Shown here in pieces: positions 27,426 through 36,834 of a DNA stretch of 64,000 nt. The position numbers and the translations under genes were made by a program. The notes beneath the pieces were generated by a model. It did not search any database and was not told where the DNA came from. It worked only from the letters and a program-made list of their open reading frames with translations. Origin of the DNA: an uncultured Candidatus Binatia bacterium. GTDB lineage: Bacteria > Desulfobacterota > Binatia > Bin18. Positions within the stretch are counted from its first letter, which is position 1, and every line of letters starts with the position of its first letter. The stretch covers positions 3,929,879 to 3,993,878 of the forward strand of contig OZ242288.1 in assembly GCA_965207575.1 (NCBI GenBank), in the 5' to 3' direction.

Positions 27426-29281
27426 GCGCGACCAACACAATGCACGGCTGGACCGGGACTGTCCTGCGCGTCAATCTGACCACCGGCACTATCACCAAGG
27501 AGCCGCTGAACGCCGAATGGGCCAGAGACTATGTCGGCGGCCGCGGGCTCGGCGTCAAATATCTCTACGAAGAGATGGACCCCAGCGTCGATCCGCTCAG
27601 TCCGGAAAATAAGATGATCTTTGCCACCGGACCGCTGACCGGCACCAACGCATCCTGTGGCTCGCGCTATATGGTCGTTACCAAGGGCGCGCTGACCAAC
27701 GCCATTACCACCTCGAATTCCGGCGGCTTCTGGGGGCCGGAGATGAAATTCGCCGGCTACGACATGATCATCCTGGAGGGCAAGGCCGCCCGGCCGTCCT
27801 ACCTGTGGATCTATGACGACCGGGTGGAACTGCGCGATGCGACCCATCTGTGGGGCAAGACGGTCTGGCAGACCGAAGAGGCCCTGCGCGCCGAAATCGG
27901 CGTGCCGGACAGCATCATCGCCAGTATCGGCCCGGCCGGAGAAAACCTGGTGCGCTTTGCCTGCATCATGAACGACCTGCACCGGGCCGCGGGCCGGTCC
28001 GGCGTAGGGGCGGTGATGGGCTCCAAAAATCTCAAGGCCATTGCTCTGCGCGGCACCGGCGGCGTCTCTCTGGCCGACCCACAGGCATATATGGAAGGCC
28101 AATGGGCAATGAAGGAAAAGCTGCGGCAGTCGCCCGTGACCGCCGAGGGCCTGCCCATGTACGGCACCGAAGTGCTGGTCAACGTGATCAACGAGCACGG
28201 CGCCCTGCCGACGCGCAACCACCAGCAGACTGTCTTTGATGAAGCCGAAAACATCAGCGGCGAAACCCTGACCGAAACCCGCCTGGTCGCCAATAAAGCC
28301 TGTTTTTCCTGCACCATCGCCTGTGGGCGGGTCAGCACCCTGCCGGGCGAAGCTTCCTCGAAATACTCGGTCACCACCAATCCGCAGAACTGGAAAATCG
28401 CCGGGGAAGGCCCCGAATACGAAGCGGCCTGGGCCATGGGCTCGGAGTGCGGCGTGGGCGACCTGGACGCGCTGATCAAGGCTAACTGGCTGTGCAACGA
28501 CCTGGGTATGGATTCCATCAGCTTTGGGGCCAGCGTGGCCGCGGCCATGGAGTTGTTCGAGAAGGGCGCGGTCGGCCAGGACCAGACCGAGATTCCGTTG
28601 GAGTTCGGTAGTGCCGAAGCCCTCATCGCCATGGCCGAGAAGACCGCCTACCGGCAGGGCTTTGGTGATGCCGTGGCCGAAGGCTCCAAACGCATGACCG
28701 AAAATTTCGGTCGTCCAGAGTTCTTCATGGGCGTTCGCGGTCAGGAGTTTGCCGCATATGAAGCTCGTGCCATTCAGGGCATGGGCCTGGGCTATGCGAC
28801 CTCCAACCGCGGGGCGTGTCACTTGAAAGCCTATACGGTGGCGGCCGAAATTCTGGGCCTGCCGCGTCAGATGGACCCGCGCGCCACAGAAGAGAAGGCA
28901 GAGATTACCAAAATCTTCCAGGACGCGACCTCGACCGTTGACGCCACCGGCCTGTGTCAATTCCTCACCTTTGGGGTTGGTCTTGAAGAAATGCTGCCCC
29001 AACTGTCGGCCGCCACAGGCGTAACGTATACGCAGGAAGAACTGGTCCACATTGGGGAGCGTATCTGGAACCTGGAGCGGCTGTGGAACGAACGGGCGGG
29101 CTTCACCGGCAAGGACGACACCCTGCCCAAACGGATTCTGGAAGAGCCCATCCCATCCGGCCCGGCCAAAGGCGAGGTCAACCGTCTGGGGGAAATGCTG
29201 CCCGAGTACTACGAGCTGCGAGGCTGGGAGAAGGACGGCAAAATCTCCGAGGCAAAGAAGAAAGAGTTGGGGCTGGAGTAA
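27422..29281 (+). CDS. aorB: tungsten-type aldehyde:ferredoxin oxidoreductase, catalytic subunit (AOR family)
   Basis: ~620 aa; N-terminal GWTGTVLRVNLTTGTI...YVGGRGLGVKYLYEE... and ...ASIGPAGENLVRFACIMND...RAAGRSGVGAVMGSKNLKAI are AOR family hallmarks. Confidence 0.85.
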   Translation: MSATNTMHGWTGTVLRVNLTTGTITKEPLNAEWARDYVGGRGLGVKYLYEEMDPSVDPLSPENKMIFATGPLTGTNASCGSRYMVVTKGALTNAITTSNSGGFWGPEMKFAGYDMIILEGKAARPSYLWIYDDRVELRDATHLWGKTVWQTEEALRAEIGVPDSIIASIGPAGENLVRFACIMNDLHRAAGRSGVGAVMGSKNLKAIALRGTGGVSLADPQAYMEGQWAMKEKLRQSPVTAEGLPMYGTEVLVNVINEHGALPTRNHQQTVFDEAENISGETLTETRLVANKACFSCTIACGRVSTLPGEASSKYSVTTNPQNWKIAGEGPEYEAAWAMGSECGVGDLDALIKANWLCNDLGMDSISFGASVAAAMELFEKGAVGQDQTEIPLEFGSAEALIAMAEKTAYRQGFGDAVAEGSKRMTENFGRPEFFMGVRGQEFAAYEARAIQGMGLGYATSNRGACHLKAYTVAAEILGLPRQMDPRATEEKAEITKIFQDATSTVDATGLCQFLTFGVGLEEMLPQLSAATGVTYTQEELVHIGERIWNLERLWNERAGFTGKDDTLPKRILEEPIPSGPAKGEVNRLGEMLPEYYELRGWEKDGKISEAKKKELGLE

Positions 29282-29286
29282 AGGAG

Positions 29287-29422
29287 GTCTATTGAGTCAT
29301 TGGGTCTATTGAGTCATTGGGTCTATTGAGTCATTGGGTCTATTGAGTCATTGGGTCTATTGAGTCATTGGGTCTGTTGAGTCATTGGGTCTGTTGAGTC
29401 ATTGGGTCTGTTGAGTCGATTG
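29287..29422. repeat. tandem array A: 17-bp unit GTCT(A/G)TTGAGTCATTGG x ~7.5 (palindromic TGAGTCA core)
   Basis: read directly; five units with A then three with G at position 5; last unit degenerate; 17-nt period excludes coding. Confidence 0.9.
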
Positions 29423-29440
29423 AGTCTTTGAGACCCAAAG

Positions 29441-29530
29441 GACCCTAAAGACCCAAGAGACCCTAAAGACCCAAGAGACCCTAAAGACCCAAGAGACCCT
29501 AAAGACCCAAGAGACCCTAAAGACCCAAGA
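29441..29530. repeat. tandem array B: 18-bp unit AGACCCTAAAGACCCAAG x 5, approximately the reverse complement of array A
   Basis: read directly; AGACCC recurs every 9 bp on the top strand and is the complement of the GGGTCT recurring in array A. Confidence 0.9.
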
Positions 29531-29551
29531 GACCTACAAGGAACACACGTC

Positions 29552-30982
29552 ATGGCACACCACATCATTATTGGAGGGGGACCGGCCGGGGTGGCCGCAG
29601 CGGAAACGATCCGGGCGACAGCAGGCTCCGAAGCGCAGATCACGCTCATCTCCAATGAGCCCGCCTACTCGCGCATGGTCCTGCCCTACTATCTGGCGAA
29701 CGATATTCCGGAGCGGCATGTGCTGACCGGAGACGCGGCCTATTTCGAACAACACGGCATTACGTCCGTGTCGGGCCAGGTCGAAAAAGTCGATGCCCAG
29801 GCGCGCACGGTTACACTCGGTGACGGCTCAAGCCACACGTTTGATACCCTGCTCATCGCGACCGGCTCTTCGGCCCAACGTCCTCCTATTGCCGGCATTG
29901 ACCAGGAAGGCGTGTACACCTTCTGGACGCTCGAAGACGCAAAACAGGTCATGGCGAAAGCGCAGGGAACGCCCAGGGCGGTGCTCATTGGGGCCGGCTT
30001 TATTGGCTTCATCGTCTTGAACGCCATGGCCAAGCTGGACTGGAATCTCTCGGTGGTTGAAACCGAGGCACAGGTCTTGCCGCGCATGCTCGACGCCACT
30101 GGCGCGCAAGCGGTCGAAGGCTGGCTGACCAGCCAGAATGTAGCCGTTCATACCGGCGCGCAGGTCCAAAGCATTAGCCGTGAAGGTGAGGCACTCAACC
30201 TGTCGCTGAGCAATGGAGCAAACCTAAGCGCGGATATTGTCATTTTGGCTACGGGTATTCAGCCCAACCTGGGCTTTCTCAACGGCTCCGGTATCCACGT
30301 TGACGACGGCATCGTGGTTGACGACCGCATGCAGACCAATATTCCCGGCATCTATGCGGCCGGTGATGTTGCCGCCGGCCCGGACCTGCTGAATGGCTCG
30401 CCCGCGGTGCATGCGATTCAGCCAACGGCCGTGGACCACGGTCGGATTGCCGGCGCCAACATGGCCGGCCAGGAGACACACTATCCGGGCAGCCTGCTGC
30501 TCAACGTGTTGGATGTCATCAATCTGCACTGCGCCAGCTTTGGCCAGTGGCGGACAGATGCGAAGGAGTCGATCACCACCGTCTGGAACCCAACGCGCCC
30601 GATTTATCGTAAATACGTCTGGGACGGCGACCGCATGGTCGGGGCGCTGTTTGTCGGACCGATAGATGACGTCACCATGCTGAACGACGTCGGTATGGTC
30701 AAAGGACTCATTCAGACACAACAGGCCCTGGGAAACTGGGCAGACTACGTCAAAGAGAACCCGACCGATGTGCGCCGCGCCTATGTCGCTACCGGGACCG
30801 CGCAGAAACTGGTCAGTCATACCCTCTTGGGCGCACCCGCTACAGCGCGCGCCTACCGGGTAGACGGGAAGACACCCTCGGCCTGGCAAAAAGGCTCGCA
30901 CGGCCCGCTTATCGGCTCTCGCCCGGACGCGCTGGATACGCTTCCACGGACACCGACACCAGGCATTGAAAAGGGTGAATAA
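29552..30982 (+). CDS. aorC: FAD-dependent pyridine-nucleotide-disulfide oxidoreductase (AorC-like NAD(P)-linked subunit)
   Basis: 476 aa; HHIIIGGGPAGVAAAE and LIGAGFIGF dinucleotide folds; IYAAGDVA motif. Confidence 0.75.
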   Translation: MAHHIIIGGGPAGVAAAETIRATAGSEAQITLISNEPAYSRMVLPYYLANDIPERHVLTGDAAYFEQHGITSVSGQVEKVDAQARTVTLGDGSSHTFDTLLIATGSSAQRPPIAGIDQEGVYTFWTLEDAKQVMAKAQGTPRAVLIGAGFIGFIVLNAMAKLDWNLSVVETEAQVLPRMLDATGAQAVEGWLTSQNVAVHTGAQVQSISREGEALNLSLSNGANLSADIVILATGIQPNLGFLNGSGIHVDDGIVVDDRMQTNIPGIYAAGDVAAGPDLLNGSPAVHAIQPTAVDHGRIAGANMAGQETHYPGSLLLNVLDVINLHCASFGQWRTDAKESITTVWNPTRPIYRKYVWDGDRMVGALFVGPIDDVTMLNDVGMVKGLIQTQQALGNWADYVKENPTDVRRAYVATGTAQKLVSHTLLGAPATARAYRVDGKTPSAWQKGSHGPLIGSRPDALDTLPRTPTPGIEKGE

Positions 30983-30985
30983 TCG

Positions 30986-31231
30986 ATGCAGGTCAGTATC
31001 AAGCTCTTTGCCAATCTTCGGAAAAAGCTACCCAAAGGCTCTCTGGGGAAAGCGACGCTTGATCTCGCAGATCAGGCAACGATCAACGATCTGATTCACC
31101 AACTCGACATTCCTCTCGACCTGGCCCAGATGGTCCTGGTCAACGGCGAGCAGACCCGGGAGTTCGGCCAGGCGCTTGCGGACGGAGACCAGGTCAGCAT
31201 CTTCCCGCCGGTGGCCGGCGGGAGCGAATGA
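30986..31231 (+). CDS. MoaD/ThiS-family sulfur-carrier-like protein (C-terminal GG followed by two extra residues)
   Basis: 81 aa, ends ...IFPPVAGGSE; beta-grasp size; immediately follows aorC. Confidence 0.55.
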   Translation: MQVSIKLFANLRKKLPKGSLGKATLDLADQATINDLIHQLDIPLDLAQMVLVNGEQTREFGQALADGDQVSIFPPVAGGSE

Positions 31232-31245
31232 AACGTCCGTGACGT

Positions 31246-31282
31246 AAAAAGGCGGTCAAACCGTTTCTATAACCCGCCTTTT
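31246..31282. terminator. bidirectional rho-independent terminator hairpin between convergent moaD-like and cocE-like genes
   Basis: AAAAAGGCGG-loop-CCGCCTTTT perfect inverted repeat with A/T runs on both sides. Confidence 0.4.
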
Positions 31283-31314
31283 CACTGTCCGCCTTCCTTC
31301 AGCCAGTACACCCC

Positions 31315-33054
31315 TCAGCGGGGAATAATCGGCAGCACCACATGCGAGGGATGGGCCTCATCATGAAAGACACGCTGGAGGGCCGGCTCCAAGCGACTGG
31401 CCTCACCGCTGGCCTCGCCGGTTTGCGGGTTGCGGTCAAAACGCGGAAAATTTGAACTGGCAATTTCGAGCCGAATACAATGCCCGGCCTTGAAGACATT
31501 GCTGGTTGCCCACACGTCTATCGTAAACTCGTAGACCTCACCGGGCTGGAGGAGCGTGGCCTGAGCTTTCGAGGTCCGATAGCGGCCACGGATGATCCCG
31601 TCCGTCAGGTTCTGAGCGTACCCTTCGGGATGCACGTCCACCAGCTTGGCTGTAAAATCCGTATCAACCGCGCTGGTCGCCGCATACAGGGTCACCGTGA
31701 CAGGTCCGGTGACCTCGACATCCTGCTCAAGGACGGGGGTGGTGTACACCAGAACGTCTTCCCGCTCTTCCACGGAGCGTTGATCGAACGCCCCGCCGGG
31801 AACGGCCGCCGGCCAGCAGCATAACCCGCCACCTTTGGTTGGAACGGGGTGACGCGGGTCGGAGACGAAGACGTCCGCCGGTTCGCTACGTGGAGCCTCG
31901 GGGCTCAGGCTACCGTCGCCGTTCAGGCCGTTCGCCTTGCCGGCGCTGTGCAAGTAGTATGGCGTGTACTCCGTCCGAGCCAGCGGCCATTCGTTCTCAT
32001 CCCGCCACACATTCTCGCCCATGACGAAAATACGCACCGGCGGCTCTTCCAACAGGCCGTTCGCTTTGCCTTTGAGCCAGTAGTCAAACCAGCGCAGGTG
32101 CAGCCCGTCCAGGCCCGCGGCCAGTTGCGTCGTTGAGAGTCCAAAATTCGCCTCACCAACAACGTTGTTCAGCGGCAGCGCATGGTGCCACGGACCGATA
32201 ATGAGTTTTTGACCGTCGCGGGCCTCCGGCGTAGCACCGCGTTCGCGCATACCCAGATAATTGCGAATCGTGCCGCCCAGGAAGATGTCGTACCAGCCGC
32301 CGACATTACAGGCCGGAACGGGAATCGTGTCATGCCGGCTTTCGATATTGAGTTGCGCCCAGTAGTCGTCGTCGTCAGGATGGGCCAGCCAGTCGTAAAA
32401 ATAGGACGCGGACTGATGAAAGAACGGAAAATCTTTGAGCGGCAGGTGACGAAACGCCTCACACATATCGTCGATCCCGGACAGGAGTTGTCCGACCTCA
32501 TCCCGCAGTTCGGGCCGGTCTTTCGCCAGCCGCATGGCCGTATCGGGCGCCAGGCCGGTCATGGTCCAGCTTGCATTAAAGCCCAGCGCAAAGGCTCCGC
32601 CCTGATACGTCCAGCCCTCGTGGTAATCGGACGCCGTAATCAGCGGGAAGATCGCTTTCAAATGGGGCGGCCGGCTCAGCGCGGCCAGCCACTGGGTGGC
32701 CCCAACGTAGGACGCGCCATACATGCCCACGTTGCCGTCCGACCACGGCTGCACGCCACACCATTCAACCGTGTCATAGCCGTCGGCCATATCGTCGCGA
32801 AAGGTGTAAAACTCTCCGTCCGAGGCGTAGCGGCCACGCGAGTCCTGGACGACAACGGCATAGCCCTCACTGGCGGTTCGGATAATATCAAGCATGAGCA
32901 TGGAAATCGTCGTCAGCCCCTTGTCGTACGGGGTCCGCTGCAAGATCACCGGATGCCTGCCCGTTGCCGGACGATAGACATCGGCACGCAGCAGTGTGCC
33001 GTCCCGCATGGGGATGGCCACATCTCTTTCAACCGTCAGGGTGGACTCGCTCAT
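31315..33054 (-). CDS. CocE/NonD-family hydrolase (X-Pro dipeptidyl-peptidase S15-like)
   Basis: start moved to MSESTLTVERDVAIPMRDG with AAGGAGG RBS; VVVQDSRGRYASDGEF and GASYVG serine motif. Confidence 0.75.
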   Translation of the reverse strand: MSESTLTVERDVAIPMRDGTLLRADVYRPATGRHPVILQRTPYDKGLTTISMLMLDIIRTASEGYAVVVQDSRGRYASDGEFYTFRDDMADGYDTVEWCGVQPWSDGNVGMYGASYVGATQWLAALSRPPHLKAIFPLITASDYHEGWTYQGGAFALGFNASWTMTGLAPDTAMRLAKDRPELRDEVGQLLSGIDDMCEAFRHLPLKDFPFFHQSASYFYDWLAHPDDDDYWAQLNIESRHDTIPVPACNVGGWYDIFLGGTIRNYLGMRERGATPEARDGQKLIIGPWHHALPLNNVVGEANFGLSTTQLAAGLDGLHLRWFDYWLKGKANGLLEEPPVRIFVMGENVWRDENEWPLARTEYTPYYLHSAGKANGLNGDGSLSPEAPRSEPADVFVSDPRHPVPTKGGGLCCWPAAVPGGAFDQRSVEEREDVLVYTTPVLEQDVEVTGPVTVTLYAATSAVDTDFTAKLVDVHPEGYAQNLTDGIIRGRYRTSKAQATLLQPGEVYEFTIDVWATSNVFKAGHCIRLEIASSNFPRFDRNPQTGEASGEASRLEPALQRVFHDEAHPSHVVLPIIPR

Positions 33055-33064
33055 AAGGGCCTCC

Positions 33065-34006
33065 TTAATTTCCCGACACGCAATCGACCTGCCCGAACAG
33101 TGCGGCCAGCCGCTCACAGTCTGCCAACGGCAACGGTTCTTTGAGCAGCGCGGCAATATTCTCTTTGAGATGCTCGACACTGCCGGTACCAGTCAGGACG
33201 CTGTCCATTCCGGGCTCATACCGGCAGTAGCGATAGGCCGCCTCGGGAAGAGTCTCGGCTTTCCCCGTGTCAGTCAGAAAGCCGAGCACGTCCGGTGTCT
33301 CACACAGGGCGGGATCGATTTGGTTTTTATCTCTGAGTTCAGTCAGAATTTTTTTCAGATGGGCCGGGCGGCTGAGCGCGTTCCGCACGGCGAACATGCC
33401 CATGGTTCCAATGTTCCTGGCCTGGGTGTGCGGAAACACCCGTCGGCGGGCGGACTGGTTGAGCAGATTGAAGCCAACCATCACCACGTCCCAGCAGTCG
33501 TCTTCCAGCGCCCGTTTGAGCATGGCGTGCTGCGGGTCGGGAATAAACGCCTCGGTCACGCCGAGAAAGCGAACCTTGCCCTCCTCGCGTAGTTGGGCCA
33601 GCACGGGAGCAAGCCTGTCGTACGCATACTGGTACTGCTGGGGCCGCACCCCGTGGAGATAGAACACGTCCACATAGTCGGTCTGTAGGCGTTTGAGGCT
33701 CTGTTCCACGCCACGCCGCAGCTCTCCGCTTGGGTCGTCACCCTCAGGGTCCGGACACAGCTTTTTAGTGGAAATCACGACCTGGTCGCGGCCAACGTCC
33801 TGTATCGCCTTACCGACAATGCGCTCTGTCCCATACGCCTCGGCGGTATCGATGAGGTTGATGCCTAAATCTAACGCCTGCCGCACAACGCCAATGGATT
33901 CCGGTTCGGTTTTGCCGGTTTTCTGTCCCAGCCGGCTGTGGCCGCCGCACCCAAGGCCGGCCACGCTGACCCTGAGGCCGGTCCGTCCGAGGGTCGTGTG
34001 TTGCAT
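33065..34006 (-). CDS. aldo/keto reductase
   Basis: MQHTTLGRTGLRVS...LGCGGHSRLG...IDTAEAYG AKR signatures. Confidence 0.8.
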   Translation of the reverse strand: MQHTTLGRTGLRVSVAGLGCGGHSRLGQKTGKTEPESIGVVRQALDLGINLIDTAEAYGTERIVGKAIQDVGRDQVVISTKKLCPDPEGDDPSGELRRGVEQSLKRLQTDYVDVFYLHGVRPQQYQYAYDRLAPVLAQLREEGKVRFLGVTEAFIPDPQHAMLKRALEDDCWDVVMVGFNLLNQSARRRVFPHTQARNIGTMGMFAVRNALSRPAHLKKILTELRDKNQIDPALCETPDVLGFLTDTGKAETLPEAAYRYCRYEPGMDSVLTGTGSVEHLKENIAALLKEPLPLADCERLAALFGQVDCVSGN

Positions 34007-34196
34007 ATATTCCCCGCGCCGTGAGGCCATATGGCCTGAGACCCAGAATCATCAAACCATATGCCCCTTCCCCTCTTTTCTGCAAGCTATGCAATCCAGA
34101 CGTTTGGTAGCGGGAAAAGAGCGCCTTGCTTTTCATACGGTCTGGCGTTATGGCCAAAGAGAAGATTTACACACTCATCATAGGAGGGAACATACC

Positions 34197-34619
34197 ATGG
34201 CGAACAAAGATTTTGAGGTGAAGCAAATCCTCAAGGCATATCGGCAGGGGCTGATCTCGGACGAACTCTTTGCCGAACAGATGCAGGAAATCGGAGGGAA
34301 CGGCGCATCCGGCGGGCTTGACGTCGCCAACGTCTTTGACCACCGGGGGAGTGAGGTTGCCAAGCTCCAGGAGACCGATTTGAGCCAGACGGTCGCCTTC
34401 ACCCTGCCGGCCGGCTATAGCAACGACGAAGAGAACACCCACAAGGGCGACCAGATCATTTATGTCGTCGAAGGCTGTGCCACCGCCAGAGTGTCCGGCA
34501 AAGAGCAGGACATCAAGGCCGGCGATGTGCTGATGATTCCGGCCGGCGCGCCACATACGCTTCGGACCGGAAACGAATCGTTCTTTGGCTTTACGATCCT
34601 GGCGCCGCCGGAACTGTAG
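34197..34619 (+). CDS. cupin-domain protein
   Basis: 140 aa; AGGAGGG RBS; IIYVVEGCATARVSGKEQDIKAGDVLMIPAGAPHTL cupin barrel. Confidence 0.6.
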   Translation: MANKDFEVKQILKAYRQGLISDELFAEQMQEIGGNGASGGLDVANVFDHRGSEVAKLQETDLSQTVAFTLPAGYSNDEENTHKGDQIIYVVEGCATARVSGKEQDIKAGDVLMIPAGAPHTLRTGNESFFGFTILAPPEL

Positions 34620-34685
34620 CAACCCGTTCCGGTTCAGACGTCCTCATTCGGCAATACCAATGCAGGGGTGCAGCAGGCTGCGCCC

Positions 34686-35309
34686 CTACGCCAACGCCCG
34701 GATCACCTCATCCGACGTACACACGGTAGTGAGCCCTCCTAGCGCTGCGCCTAGAATGACCCCATGGGCCTCCTCGGTCGTGGCAGCACAGCAATCTTCA
34801 GGAATGAAGATATGATAACCACGGTCAGTGCCGTCCCGAGCCGTGCCTTCGACAACGCCATCCGTGGCTATCCCTGTCAGCACCAGGTGGGTGCGCCCCT
34901 GGGAATTGAGAATAGCTTCCAAAGGACTGGCGTAAAAGGAACTCACCCGCGTTTTGGTAATCACCAGGTCTTCCGGTTCGGGGGTGAGGTCGGCATGGAT
35001 CTCAGCTCCCCACGTCCCGTCCTGCAAGGCTTCCATTTGCTTGATCACCTGAAAGACCTTCACGTGCTCCAGTAAGTCGGAGTAATCCGGCCGGTAGGCA
35101 TGTCGCACATGGATGATCGGCACGTGAGCCGTCCTCCCCGCGGCAGCCAGGGCGCTGATATTACCCAGGATGTTCTTTTCCTGAATGAGCCTGGGCATGG
35201 CCCCGCCAGTCAGGTGCCCGCCAAATTTCCCGTCTTCATGCACAATATCGTTCTGGCAGTCCATCACCAGAATGGCGGTTTTCTCTTTTGGCAATGTGAG
35301 ATCACTCAT
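34686..35309 (-). CDS. isochorismatase-family cysteine hydrolase
   Basis: 207 aa; KTAILVMDCQNDIV and LVLTGIATDGVV motifs; GGAGGA RBS. Confidence 0.75.
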   Translation of the reverse strand: MSDLTLPKEKTAILVMDCQNDIVHEDGKFGGHLTGGAMPRLIQEKNILGNISALAAAGRTAHVPIIHVRHAYRPDYSDLLEHVKVFQVIKQMEALQDGTWGAEIHADLTPEPEDLVITKTRVSSFYASPLEAILNSQGRTHLVLTGIATDGVVEGTARDGTDRGYHIFIPEDCCAATTEEAHGVILGAALGGLTTVCTSDEVIRALA

Positions 35310-35426
35310 GCGACTCTCCTCCTTTTTGCGCCCTATCGTGTATCCGGCGCGCTCACTTTCACTTCATACCAATATCACATCGTTTCAGATTGACAGACCA
35401 GGACATCCTCTATCTAATCGCGGCTG

Positions 35427-36728
35427 ATGAAAGAGCCAGATTCCTTGGACGACCTCAAGCGCGAGGACGAGAGCGCGGACCGCGGCGAAGGCATCTTCTA
35501 TGGCTGGCTGATTGTCGGCGTTCTGTTCTTTATCTCCATCATCGACGGAGGGTTCACCTATACCTTCTCGACGTTTCTGAAACCACTCACCCAGGAATTC
35601 GGCTGGTCACGAGCCGAGACCGCCACGGCATTCTCTCTGTATTTGCTGGTTGCCGGCCTGGTTCTGCCCGCCTGGGGCTGGCTCATTGACCACGTTGGTG
35701 CTCGCTGGGTCTTTCTGCTGAGTGCCCTGATTGACGGCGTCGCCCTGCTCCTGCTCAGCGCCGTCAGCAGCCTGCCCGGCTTCTACGCCCTCTACCTGTT
35801 TTTGGGCGTCGGGCTGGCGGGCATCGGACCCATGCCGGTGGGGAAGGTCATTACCCAGTGGTTTGTGGACAAACGGGGTCTGGCGATGGGCATCGCCCTG
35901 GTCGGCGCGAGTGGTGGGGGACTGGTGCTCGTCCCGCTGTGCGGTTTTCTGATCGCCGAGTTCAGTTGGCGGGTGGGCTATCAGGTCTTGGCCGGCCTGT
36001 CCCTCTTCGGCATGCTGCCTCTGGTCTGGTTCTTTGTCGTTAACTCACCGCAGGAAAAGGGCCTCAAGCCCTTGGGACAGGATTATTCGAAAGTGCGTCA
36101 CACCCTGCTGGGACCCGAGCCGGAGCAGGACGTGCGGGACTGGACCCTCAGGCAGGCGCTGTCCACGTCAACCTTTTGGCGTTTAGGGGCCGCATTCTGC
36201 CTGGGGCTGATGGCGGGAGGGGCTGTACATGCCCATCAGGTCGCCTTTTTTCAGGATGCCGGGTATAGCCTCGAGTTGGCTTCAACCATTACCGGCATCT
36301 CTTTGGGTATGAGTATGGCCGGGCGATTTCTGGCAGGCTGGGTCAGCGAACACATCCGCCACCCCCACGCCATCCTGGCCGGGTGTCTGTGCATGCAGGC
36401 GGCCGGCATCGGAGTGTTACTCTTTTTGGAGAGTCTCGGGTTTTGGGCGCTCACGCTCTTTGTATCGCTCTTTGGACTCGGCTATGGCGGTATGATTGTG
36501 CTGTGGCCCTTGATCGTCGGACACGATTTCGGCCGACAGGCTTTTGGGGCCATTGCCGGTGTACTGGGGACGTTGGGACTGAGTATCGGCGGCGCGCTGG
36601 GACCCGTCATTGCCGGTGTGTTGTACGATAACACCGGCAGTTATGACTGGGCATTCCTATCTTGCGTCGGCGCATTTTTGGCGGGTGCAGGGGCCGCGGT
36701 CGTGGCACCGGAACCACAGGCGGTGTAG
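35427..36728 (+). CDS. MFS transporter
   Basis: 433 aa, ~12 predicted TM segments; no clear RBS. Confidence 0.7.
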   Translation: MKEPDSLDDLKREDESADRGEGIFYGWLIVGVLFFISIIDGGFTYTFSTFLKPLTQEFGWSRAETATAFSLYLLVAGLVLPAWGWLIDHVGARWVFLLSALIDGVALLLLSAVSSLPGFYALYLFLGVGLAGIGPMPVGKVITQWFVDKRGLAMGIALVGASGGGLVLVPLCGFLIAEFSWRVGYQVLAGLSLFGMLPLVWFFVVNSPQEKGLKPLGQDYSKVRHTLLGPEPEQDVRDWTLRQALSTSTFWRLGAAFCLGLMAGGAVHAHQVAFFQDAGYSLELASTITGISLGMSMAGRFLAGWVSEHIRHPHAILAGCLCMQAAGIGVLLFLESLGFWALTLFVSLFGLGYGGMIVLWPLIVGHDFGRQAFGAIAGVLGTLGLSIGGALGPVIAGVLYDNTGSYDWAFLSCVGAFLAGAGAAVVAPEPQAV

Positions 36729-36834
36729 AGCGGTTTGCGGTTGTGTAGGGCTCCAGACAAGAGGCGCCCCCACCCTCGCCCTTGTATGTTGACGTAGTAG
36801 GGGAAGGGGTAGGGTCAAAAATCAGAACTTCCGG

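Noticed and set aside
29282-29551. Possible CRISPR array
   Set aside because: The repeats are strictly tandem with no intervening unique spacers, and no cas genes are nearby.
29365-29655. 96-aa minus-strand ORF with (SLG)n repeats
   Set aside because: It is an artefact of reading through the 17/18-bp tandem arrays. The period is not a multiple of 3, it has no RBS, and it overlaps the aorC start.
36729-36834. Possible terminator between the convergent MFS and DUF1772 genes
   Set aside because: No clean GC-rich inverted repeat followed by a T-run was found.
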